A stretch of DNA of 25,351 nucleotides from Candidatus Hodarchaeota archaeon (lineage in GTDB: Archaea > Asgardarchaeota > Heimdallarchaeia > Hodarchaeales > Hodarchaeaceae): contig JAHQWW010000049.1 in assembly GCA_029856365.1 (NCBI GenBank), forward strand, positions 1 through 25,351, given 5' to 3'. The first letter of the stretch is position 1. Each line of letters opens with the position of its first letter. This document shows positions 9,987 through 18,724 of this stretch, piece by piece. The position numbers and the translations under genes were made by a program. The notes below the pieces were generated by a model. The model was not told the DNA's origin. It worked only from the letters and a program-made list of their open reading frames with translations, and made no database searches.

Positions 9987-11333
9987 ATGGCTGGAATATG
10001 TGGCATAACGAAGGAAGGGAAAAAAGAAGAAATAAACCAAATGCTGGATGACCTTGAACACCGAGGAGGCTTAGGACGAAAGGTTATAGAAACTAATGGT
10101 GTAACCCTTGGAATTGTATACCCTGAAGCTCAAAAAAATCTAGTTGGTTGTCAAAATTTTCATTGCATTGAAGATGCAATTGGTGATCTTCAATATGCAC
10201 GGGTGTGCTTTACCAAAGATTCAATCACTCTAGAGCGTGACCCACTAGGTATTACACCTATATATTTTGGACATGACACTGAAGGAACTCTATATTTTGC
10301 ATCAGAGGTAAAAGCCTTGATTGACTTTACTTCATATGTTAATCAGGTTCCTCCAGGTCATAAATATAATGGAGTACGCACTAGTCGATATTATGAATTG
10401 AAGAAGCAACCTCCAACTCAAGAGTCAGCCAAATATATAGCAAAAAAGTTATTTAGGTATTTGGACAAAGCAGTGGTAAAATTTATCAAGCTAGATCACG
10501 AACCAACAGGTTGTTGGCTATCAGGAGGTCTAGATTCAAGCATGGTCGCAGCACTTGCTAATTCTCACCTTAAAAAATTATATACGTTCTCTGTAGGATT
10601 AAAAGAATCTCCTGATATTCTTGCTGCTAGAGAGGTCGCAAATTATCTTCAAACTGAACACATTGAACATATAGTGACCTTTAATGAGCTTCTAGAAATG
10701 CTTCCTCAAGTAATCTACCATCTTGAATCTTTTGATGCATTACTAGTCCGCTCAAGTATTATGAATTTTATTGTGGCAGAAAAAGCGGCAAAATACGTAA
10801 ACTCTGTTTTTTCTGGCGAAGGAGCCGATGAACTGTTTGCGGGATATGCTTATCTTAAATCAGATGAATTTCCAAACCTCACAGACGAACTAATAGATAT
10901 TACAAACCGTTTACATGACACTGCTTTACAGAGAGTAGATCGAAGTGCCACTGCCCACGGAATTGTCGCATATGTGCCTTTTCTTGATTCAGATGTAGTA
11001 AATTTTGCTTTTTGTATTCCAGAACAGTATAAAATCCGTAATAATATTGAAAAATGGATTTTACGGAAAGCGATGGAAGAATATCTCCCAAAAAGCATTG
11101 TACACCGCACTAAAGCCAAATTTTGGAAAGGAGCAGGAGTTGAAGAAAAGATATCTCATTATATCGAAAAGCAGATAAGTGACCAAGAATTTGTAAAAGA
11201 ACGTGAATTAATGAATGGTTGGCTTTTAAATACGAAGGAAGAGCTATTCTACTATAGACTTTTCCAAGATAAGTTCGGGGAACTCAAAGAATTAGATTGG
11301 ATAGGCCGTACAAAAGGTGCGCCGAGATTGTAG
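9987..11333 (+). CDS. Asparagine synthetase B-like ATP-dependent amide ligase with a reduced glutaminase domain lacking Cys1
   Basis: MAGICG (canonical MCGI), HRG, RDPLGITPIY, FASEVKAL, LSGGLDSS, SGEGADELFAGY, PFLD, KWILR. Confidence 0.9.
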   Translation: MAGICGITKEGKKEEINQMLDDLEHRGGLGRKVIETNGVTLGIVYPEAQKNLVGCQNFHCIEDAIGDLQYARVCFTKDSITLERDPLGITPIYFGHDTEGTLYFASEVKALIDFTSYVNQVPPGHKYNGVRTSRYYELKKQPPTQESAKYIAKKLFRYLDKAVVKFIKLDHEPTGCWLSGGLDSSMVAALANSHLKKLYTFSVGLKESPDILAAREVANYLQTEHIEHIVTFNELLEMLPQVIYHLESFDALLVRSSIMNFIVAEKAAKYVNSVFSGEGADELFAGYAYLKSDEFPNLTDELIDITNRLHDTALQRVDRSATAHGIVAYVPFLDSDVVNFAFCIPEQYKIRNNIEKWILRKAMEEYLPKSIVHRTKAKFWKGAGVEEKISHYIEKQISDQEFVKERELMNGWLLNTKEELFYYRLFQDKFGELKELDWIGRTKGAPRL

Positions 11334-11353
11334 ATAGTAGATGGGAAACAAAG

Positions 11354-11806
11354 ATGGAAGTATCAAAAGAAAAAAAAGCAAAAAATAAAATTGTTGAAAT
11401 TGGGGATATAGTGGAAATTAAATATAATGGAAGATTACGTGATAAAACCATTTTTGATCAATCCGAGGAAAATCAGCCATTAAGATTTGAAGTAGGGGCT
11501 GAGGAGGTGATAAAAGGACTTGATAATGCTGTTATTGGAATGGAAATTGGACAAGAGAAGGAAGTTGAAATACCACCTCAAGAAGCATATGGAGGATATA
11601 ATCCAAAAAAGGTAAAAAAGATCCCTAAAGGACCTAAAGAAAGAAATCTAAAAAATAACACAATAATTGATGTTAAACTAAAAGACGGAAGATCAATTCT
11701 CGCAACAGTTCTAGAAGTAACTAGTAGTCATGTGTTACTTGATTTTAATCATCCTCTGGCTGGGAAAAATTTAATTTTCACAATAAAACTTCTGGAAATA
11801 AAATAA
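11354..11806 (+). CDS. Short FKBP-type peptidyl-prolyl isomerase (SlyD-like)
   Basis: YNGRL..FDQS, IKGLDNAVIGM, PPQEAYG, DFNHPLAGKNL; start placed at ATG 11354. Confidence 0.92.
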   Translation: MEVSKEKKAKNKIVEIGDIVEIKYNGRLRDKTIFDQSEENQPLRFEVGAEEVIKGLDNAVIGMEIGQEKEVEIPPQEAYGGYNPKKVKKIPKGPKERNLKNNTIIDVKLKDGRSILATVLEVTSSHVLLDFNHPLAGKNLIFTIKLLEIK

Positions 11807-11892
11807 TGAATAACCTACACTTCTCTCTAGAGCTATTAAATTCAGTTAAAAATCAGGAATTGCATTAAAAAAAAGAGAATATAAGAAATTAT

Positions 11893-13413
11893 GAGTTATT
11901 TTAATAACCTTTGCTAACTAACTCCGGAAAAGCATTTACATTGGGAGGAAAAGGTCGTGTTTGAACTACAATGACCCAATCCTACCATGCAAGGTTCAGA
12001 CTGGAAGCGTCTGTATCTGAGAACCCAATAATAGAACCGTTTCTTAAAGGTTCCGCAGAAGTCGAAATTCTCTGTCCAAAATGTGGGCCAAACCGCAGAA
12101 AGATCAAGAAGAATGGCCCTGATAGGAATCATAGGGAGAAACCGGAATTGTTTTACTGTAACCGTCATCATTGTTCGTTTTATGTGCACACCTCATGGAT
12201 ATTCCTTCAATTATCAAGTGTATTACTGGAGAGAATTGTATACGACCTGTTTGAAGAGCGATTGACACCAAAAGCAGTAGTGACCGTTCATAAGGTCAGT
12301 CCCAGCCTGATATCGATGATTAGACACCATTTTCGGGAAGCGTTGGAACAGAAACTGGCCATTCTCGCCAAAAGAAGAAAACGACTGCAACAAGAGACCC
12401 AGCTTCCTGTTCCACTGGAATGGGCTGTTTGGTGGGATGAGACCTTTTTTACCCTTGGGAACACCTCTTGGTGCTTAATTCTATTGGTTAATGCGAGAGG
12501 AGAGCCTTTAGGTTGGAAGTTCAGTCGCACCCGAAAGACTGAAGACTATCTCGCATTAATTTACGCTGTAAGAGACAAGCTTCCCTCACTGATCATCTTT
12601 GTTGGAAACGCTTGGACTGCCTATCAAAAGACTTGTGAAAAGCTGAAAGAGGAGTGTTTCTTAATTGAACACGTCCATAGTCACCCCTGGGATAAAGTTC
12701 GGCTTCATCATTTCTGCCCAACGGAAAACAAGGACACAATACATCAGACTAGCTTGGAAATGCCTTATAAAAGCTTTGTTACTAATCAGCCAGTTGAAGG
12801 AAGAGCGTATACGCGAACACATAAATCATACGATCTTAATGTTCCCAAACGAAGGTGTGGCAGACCGAAAGGCTCAAAAGATCACCAAAAACGTCGGCCA
12901 CGTCATGCACTAAAACCCAAAGCTCGTAAGAGCCTGAAACAACGACGAGGACGAAAAAGTCTTATGAAACACGGTCGACGGTTCTGTTTTCATCCTCACC
13001 CAGTCTCCGTGGGTTGGAATATTCAATGGCTCTCTCCTCCTCTCAAGGAGTCATCTCTCCAGAATTCTTCCGTCGAGGAGTTAGAGTTGTTGCTAGACAT
13101 CACTTATAAATTGATGGGAGGAGGAGTCATCCAATCGAATCGTATTGAAGGTGTCAATCGTGAAATCAAGGCAATCATCTCTGATCGCGGGTTAAAAAGT
13201 CCTGCACAAGTCAACGGGATCATTGATGACCATCTTCGCTATTGGGGGAATCATTTTCCTTCAACTAATCTTAAAAAGACAGTTAATTCTCCAGTTACCC
13301 CTTCCACTGCTTTTACTCGTCTTTTTGAGTTTTTTTGTCCTGTTCGAGAGTCTTTTACGATCTTGTCAGGTGTTTTTTAGTGAGGTTTTAAGCCAAGATT
13401 TAAAAAATAACTT
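11893..13413 (+). mobile_element. Insertion sequence (IS1/IS6/IS1595-like DDE type), 1521 bp
   Basis: 8-bp direct repeat GAAATTAT at 11885-11892 and 13414-13421; imperfect terminal inverted repeats (22/32 match); more GC-rich than the flanks. Confidence 0.88.
11971..13380 (+). CDS. DDE transposase with N-terminal Zn ribbon and HTH; second catalytic Asp apparently replaced by Asn
   Basis: CPKCG..YC, WWDETFF, FVGNAWTAY, SNRIEGVN. Confidence 0.8.
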   Translation: MTQSYHARFRLEASVSENPIIEPFLKGSAEVEILCPKCGPNRRKIKKNGPDRNHREKPELFYCNRHHCSFYVHTSWIFLQLSSVLLERIVYDLFEERLTPKAVVTVHKVSPSLISMIRHHFREALEQKLAILAKRRKRLQQETQLPVPLEWAVWWDETFFTLGNTSWCLILLVNARGEPLGWKFSRTRKTEDYLALIYAVRDKLPSLIIFVGNAWTAYQKTCEKLKEECFLIEHVHSHPWDKVRLHHFCPTENKDTIHQTSLEMPYKSFVTNQPVEGRAYTRTHKSYDLNVPKRRCGRPKGSKDHQKRRPRHALKPKARKSLKQRRGRKSLMKHGRRFCFHPHPVSVGWNIQWLSPPLKESSLQNSSVEELELLLDITYKLMGGGVIQSNRIEGVNREIKAIISDRGLKSPAQVNGIIDDHLRYWGNHFPSTNLKKTVNSPVTPSTAFTRLFEFFCPVRESFTILSGVF

Positions 13414-13431
13414 GAAATTATAAATAATGAA

Positions 13432-13926
13432 TTAATATCGCCATCTATCTTTTCTCTGGACACGTGGATTGCGGTGAGAGGGGTCAAAATAGTCGCTGCG
13501 ATTACTAGTACGTCTTCTTCGTCGACGGGGATCTTCGTGGTATTCATCTGAACGGTTGTTATCTAGATTGAGTTCCTCGAACTCTTCATCATCTACATTA
13601 CTAAGTTCTCCTGATCTACCCTTTGTTATACGAAGTCGGTTGTTAAATAGATTTACAAATCCATTCTCTAATTTATATGTCTGGCCAACTTCAGTTGCAT
13701 CAATGTCGTCTTGCCAAAGAGTTAAAATGATTTGAGCTGTATCATCAGCTACTTTAAAATCGCAAACTTGATGAGTTTCGCCAGAATATCGTTTGTAAAC
13801 ATCTTTTATTTCACCTTTTTCAACCACTTCAAACGTAACAGCGATATTTTCTTCAAGTGGTTGTAAGTCTTCAATTTTTTTGTTTTCTTCTTCAGATTTC
13901 ATTTCGGAGTCGGCATATATATTCAT
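13432..13926 (-). CDS. Single OB-fold ssDNA-binding protein (SSB/RPA-like) with Arg-rich tail
   Basis: KIEDLQP, VADDTAQIILTLW, ENGFVNLFNNRL; alternative start at 13902. Confidence 0.87.
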   Translation of the reverse strand: MNIYADSEMKSEEENKKIEDLQPLEENIAVTFEVVEKGEIKDVYKRYSGETHQVCDFKVADDTAQIILTLWQDDIDATEVGQTYKLENGFVNLFNNRLRITKGRSGELSNVDDEEFEELNLDNNRSDEYHEDPRRRRRRTSNRSDYFDPSHRNPRVQRKDRWRY

Positions 13927-14399
13927 ATTTTCTCACATTTTTCGCTAAATTAGCTCAAAAAATTAGACAAAATTCTAAGTCATTTTATGGAGGCTAATTT
14001 TTAATATCCTTGTTAGAAGACAGTATTATCGATCCAAAAAATAATTTTTTTCTCATTTATAATCTGGTCTTCTATTCATAAAGACCTAACTTTTAATCTT
14101 TTTTATAAATCTTATGGATAATTCAGTTTTCACTATAAAGTTCGGTTTTTTAAAGGAGTTTTTTACCCATTTCTATAGTCTAGCACCAAAATCAAAAAAA
14201 AGATAACATAATCATATATGATATCCAGACAATATTATCAAACACCTTATATAATTCTAAAAATAAGCGATCTCTACCACGATTTCCAACAAATGATGAA
14301 ACTTTCATTTTAGACGTGAATATAGGATTAAAAGATTTAATTATCATTGATGTGAAGCAAATCATCGCTACAATATCCTTGAGAAACTCTCCAATAATC

Positions 14400-14453
14400 A
14401 AGATCACGCAATATTCAAGTAGGAAAATTATCAAAGGATCTGATATCGACCTT
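14400..14453 (+). pseudogene. Possible degraded histone remnant
   Basis: KITQYSSRKIIKGSDIDL aligns without gaps to EIARHSGRKTVKESDIAL of the adjacent histone. Confidence 0.35.
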
Positions 14454-14536
14454 TTTAAACAACGATTGCCACGTAAAATGCTTAGATTTAAGCAAATAAT
14501 CATATATTCTGTCTAAAGATATTAAAAGGAGAAAAG

Positions 14537-14749
14537 GTGAAAAAATTGCCAGAATTTGCATCCGCAAGAATAGAACGAGTAATTCGTGCAGCTGGAGCTA
14601 AACGAGTCTCTACTGGTGCGATTGATTTACTTAATGAGCTTATTACTGATAAAGGCCTCGATATTGCCAAATACGCAGTAGAGATCGCCCGACACTCTGG
14701 ACGAAAGACTGTTAAGGAATCTGATATAGCATTAGCCGCTTCTAAGTAG
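14537..14749 (+). CDS. Archaeal histone, canonical type
   Basis: RIERVIRAAGAKRVS..ARHSGRKTVKESDIALA; AGGAGA SD, GTG start, T-tract after the stop. Confidence 0.95.
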   Translation: MKKLPEFASARIERVIRAAGAKRVSTGAIDLLNELITDKGLDIAKYAVEIARHSGRKTVKESDIALAASK

Positions 14750-14851
14750 GAATCGGTTTTTTTAGTTATATCAGTTTTCATCTCCCCTACTTTTTTTAAA
14801 AAATAGACTAATTAATCATTGGAAATTTGAGCTGAGAGAGGTTTCTTCGTT

Positions 14852-16036
14852 TTATATTCTACATTCACGCCATAGATATTCAATAAATGTGTCTATATAA
14901 AAACTCAATAAAACGACATATTTATCTCCAGCACCACAATACAAAAGTATTTTATTATTAGTTGCAATTAGACCCATTGGGAAGACAACAGCAGGAATAT
15001 CTATTGGATATATTTCATTACCATATAATTCCCACGGTTTTGAAGGAATATAAATTGGATTTCTTGTATGGCAAAGCACTTTGGTAGGGTTATCTAAATC
15101 AAGAAGAGCAGCACAGATTGAATAGCTTCTATTTATCTTTGGATACAGACCATAAACACGACCAATGGAGGGATCAATTTCTCCTACGGCATGGTAAATC
15201 AACAACCATCCTTTTTCCGTCCGAATAGGAGATGGTCCTGGACCAATCTTCTCTTTCTCATGGGGATAATGTCCTACTTCAAGTAAAGTAGTCTGTTTCC
15301 GACGTTGATACATCTTATCCCATAATTGTTTATATTTGAACGGTTGAAGCAATTGGTCCATTCCTGCTTCCATGATATCAATATGAATGTTTTTTCCGAA
15401 ACGTAATAGGATATAATTTTCACCAGAAATGATTTCAGGAAATATTACAGCATTTCGCATGTCAATATCTTCAATTATACCGTGATAATTAATCTCAGCA
15501 AAGTCCTGTGTTGAGTATATAGCAATTCGATCACCCTTACTCCCAAAATAACCTTGAAAGGGGGGAGAAACTTTCCCACATCCGATTAGAAAGTAGCGTC
15601 CATTGGTTTTAATGATCCTCGTATCTTCAATTCCATGAAAAAAATCATTGTGAAAGGTACCATCACCTTTGATTAATGTATTATGATGTCTTTCAAAGTT
15701 AATCCCATCTTCACTAATAAGGATCCAAATCTTAGAAATATAATTCTTAAATCCAATTCTTTCTATTTGAAGCGTTTCATCGAAAAATTGCCCTCTTTGA
15801 TATTCTGCATGAACTCTCGGACTTAGTATGACTTTTTCATTGAACATAGCTGCTCCTGAATTGAAAATTGATCCAATAAGGTACTGCCCATCTTCATACC
15901 AAGTTAACCCCAGATCTGCTGGGCTAATAATTGGATTTTTTTCATATGAATGTACTTGGAATATTCTAGTGTTATCTTTGAGTTCTACAATGGATCCATC
16001 AGACAAATAACTGAGGGTCTTTTTTAAAGCTGACAC
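14852..16036 (-). CDS. GH130-like glycosidase/mannoside phosphorylase (DUF377, beta-propeller)
   Basis: FNSGA, GIEDTRI, KIGPGPSPIRTEKGWLLIYHAV, ALLDLDNP, VVFPMG, YCGAGD; GGAGGA SD. Confidence 0.87.
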   Translation of the reverse strand: MSALKKTLSYLSDGSIVELKDNTRIFQVHSYEKNPIISPADLGLTWYEDGQYLIGSIFNSGAAMFNEKVILSPRVHAEYQRGQFFDETLQIERIGFKNYISKIWILISEDGINFERHHNTLIKGDGTFHNDFFHGIEDTRIIKTNGRYFLIGCGKVSPPFQGYFGSKGDRIAIYSTQDFAEINYHGIIEDIDMRNAVIFPEIISGENYILLRFGKNIHIDIMEAGMDQLLQPFKYKQLWDKMYQRRKQTTLLEVGHYPHEKEKIGPGPSPIRTEKGWLLIYHAVGEIDPSIGRVYGLYPKINRSYSICAALLDLDNPTKVLCHTRNPIYIPSKPWELYGNEIYPIDIPAVVFPMGLIATNNKILLYCGAGDKYVVLLSFYIDTFIEYLWRECRI

Positions 16037-16222
16037 ACAAGGGATCCTCCATATTCATCTATTTCATGGCCAGATTATTTTATTGGTATTTCACAGTTAG
16101 TTAGATATAAAAATAGAGAGAGATCCTACAAATATTCAAGAAAATAATAACATTTTTTGGATGGGAAGGATTCAAAAAAGTAGTATATATCTTTAACTTT
16201 CTTTTTAGTGAAATGAGGGCTA

Positions 16223-16465
16223 ATGCGAGTAAAAGAAGTTCTGTGGTTGTTGCTGATTTCGAGACCGACAGTCTACTGTTATAGGAAAGAGGGGATTATT
16301 ACAGCTCAAAAATTACCCTCAGGGTTCTATGACTATCACGAAGAGGATGTTTATAGACTTTTCAATAAAGATATCTTGAGAAAAACCTATCTTTATGCAA
16401 GAGTCTCAACACGGAAGTAAAAAAGAGCCTTATATAATCAAGTAGAACAATTAAAGCAATGGGTT
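16223..16465 (+). pseudogene. tnpA: IS607 serine-recombinase transposase fragment
   Basis: ISRPTVY..YARVSTRK*KRALYNQVEQL, with a stop at the position of the conserved Gln. Confidence 0.85.
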
Positions 16466-16596
16466 ATTTGTTACCCTTACAATACATTCGTATAAATCCT
16501 TTAACCACTAAATCTGTAAAATAAGGATCACAGCTTCGCTTTTTGAACTCATTAAAGAAGATGAAACTAAATTTATTAAGTCCTAATCAAACTAAT

Positions 16597-16885
16597 CAAT
16601 ATTAAGCTGCAGAGCAGGGAATAACGGTCATTAAACAAGATGAAAGTTATTCAAGTAAGTGTTCTTTTTTGGATAACGAGCCAATCGAACACCATAGCAA
16701 ATATCTAGGCCGAAGAATGACTAGAGGACTATTCAACTCCCAAAAAGGCACTATTATTAATTCCGATGCGAATGGGGAGTATAATATTCTGAAAAAAGCA
16801 TTCCTGAACGCTGTTGACGCTTGACAGGATAGAGGCTGTTGGGTTACATCCTACACGATGGAAATTAGCTTCGACAACGAGCTAG
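16597..16885 (+). pseudogene. tnpB: TnpB C-terminal fragment (not in the ORF track)
   Basis: [47 protein letters not shown], then frameshifted IEAVGLHP. Confidence 0.88.
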
Positions 16886-16940
16886 TTGATGACCTCTTGT
16901 GAATAAAATTGAACACATTTTTATCAATTTTAATAACCTA

Positions 16941-17374
16941 CTCGAGTTGCTCTTTAAATCACCTCCTTTAAAAAACTATCAACTCATCTCCTTTCAGGAT
17001 GTAGCTAGTGCTTCTTGATAGATTTGCTCTCGATGGAACTTGTCCGCCCAAGAAGGGCATTTCAAAGGTTCTACTTCAACATGGGGTTGCAGCCACCTGC
17101 CCGTTTTCCACACACAATATCCAAAATAGACTAACCCGATAAAACCTGAAACCACCCATGCCTGACGGGCTTGACAGTTGGGTAATCCAAATTGTTGTTT
17201 TAGGTCACGATGGGCTTCTTCGATCCGCCAGCGTGATTGATACTCACAATAAACCCGTAAAGGGGTAGCTGATTTTATACGAAAAGCTCGGGTGAGGATA
17301 AATTTGGGTTTGGTTAATGATTCACGGTGAAAAGCATAACAATTCACTAGATAAAATTTCAAAATCAAGTCGAG
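16941..17374 (-). mobile_element. 434-bp non-autonomous IS4/IS701-like deletion derivative
   Basis: Inverted ends CTCGAGTTGCTCTTTAAAT and CTCGACTTGATTTTGAAAT (15/19 match); TAACCTA direct repeat at 16934-16940 and 17375-17381; YQSRWRIEEAHRDLK (YREK motif). Confidence 0.88.
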
Positions 17375-17381
17375 TAACCTA

Positions 17382-18335
17382 CTAAAATTGAACTAAAAAC
17401 ACAATACGAGGCGCTGTTAGAAAAGGAAGTTTATAGAGTCCCAGATGGATCATTGATTTCGCAATTTTTGAATAAATTTTATCTCCAAGAGTTCCGTGTT
17501 GAAAAATATTGAAGTAGTTTATGATTTCTTTTTTTCTAGAGTTTATCGTTACCCCTATTGGATCATTATTTGGAAAGGGAGGAGTTGCATGATCATCTAA
17601 CTTCTCATCATACTCAAGAGTGTTAGTCAATAATAATGTTACTTTTTCCGCTTGTACTTCACGTAAAAAGCGTAAATATGTAAGAACACTGCAATGATGA
17701 TGGAGATTGAATTTTGGAAGCTTTTCAGATAAACCTTTTTTTATAAGAATCTTTTCAGCGATTCTATGTGGATACAACCAGAAAAACGCTAACGGTGGAA
17801 GATATGGGTGAGTATTTCGCCAATACAATGAATTTTCGATTGAAAATATGAACCTGCCACTAGGACGTACACATCTACTAACTTCTTTGAATAGTTTTAT
17901 CTTTTGGCTGTCTGATAAGTAATAAATTGAATTGATCATTATCGCTATATCAATTGAATTTGAAGCAAAAGGAAGGGGATCCTTTCCAAGATTTAATTGA
18001 GCTTCGTAAGTTTCTACATCAATTAATTCGGAATTTAATTTTCGAGCTAGATTTAATTGCCGAGGATTAATATCAATACAGCAAAATTTAGACGCGTCGA
18101 TTAGCTGCACGATATTTCGCCCAAAAAACGCTCCTCCACAAGCTAAATCTAAAACAGTATTTGATGGTTTGATTATAGATAGATAATTAGATAGTTCCCA
18201 TTTTATAAACCGTTCTGCGATTTTTTCTCTTGCATGCCAATATTCATTAGTGTAAATATGTAAAGGATGTTGTTGATCTCTTAGATCAATATCTAAAAGA
18301 TGTTCTAGATGTTGGAATTGTTTGTCGTAATTCAT
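17382..18335 (-). CDS. Class I SAM-dependent methyltransferase
   Basis: VLDLACGGA, IDIN, LPFASNSIDI, RCVRPSGRF; start at ATG 18335 or GTG 18362. Confidence 0.85.
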   Translation of the reverse strand: MNYDKQFQHLEHLLDIDLRDQQHPLHIYTNEYWHAREKIAERFIKWELSNYLSIIKPSNTVLDLACGGAFFGRNIVQLIDASKFCCIDINPRQLNLARKLNSELIDVETYEAQLNLGKDPLPFASNSIDIAIMINSIYYLSDSQKIKLFKEVSRCVRPSGRFIFSIENSLYWRNTHPYLPPLAFFWLYPHRIAEKILIKKGLSEKLPKFNLHHHCSVLTYLRFLREVQAEKVTLLLTNTLEYDEKLDDHATPPFPNNDPIGVTINSRKKEIINYFNIFQHGTLGDKIYSKIAKSMIHLGLYKLPFLTAPRIVFLVQF

Positions 18336-18724
18336 AACATGTACCAATTGCAATCCCACCACTTATTTTCAATTTATCCCTATTCTATAAACATATAACT
18401 GTCTTTCAAATGAAATGGTCAATACTTACTGGAATAGGGTGGTTCAAATTGCACTTTAATTAAAAAAGTATAATTAAAGATAAAATTGAAGGGTTACACC
18501 AGCATGTTCTTATTATATATATGTCAGTAAATATCATTACGTACGGCTTTTTTTAAAACTTTCGTATAGAAATTAGTTTAAAATTCTTTATCCTTATAAA
18601 TAAACAAAAAAGAAAAAAATAAGAGATCTTCATATATGAAATTTGTCAGATATTAGTATTATTTGGCAAATGCGATTAATTTAAACAAATAAGATAAAAT
18701 AATTGATTAGAGAGATAGATATAT

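Larger units (their letters stand above)
16223..16937 (+). mobile_element. Degenerate, internally deleted IS607-family element (tnpA 5' part plus tnpB 3' part); limits approximate
   Basis: HTH and serine-recombinase motif YARVST followed by TnpB C-terminal motifs within about 700 bp. Confidence 0.85.

Noticed and set aside
14500-14781. Shadow ORFs such as 14500-14781, 21789-22106, 7252-7590, 2901-3137, 10850-11119 and 14192-14503
   Set aside because: Antisense or alternative-frame overlaps of well-supported genes, or motif-less frames
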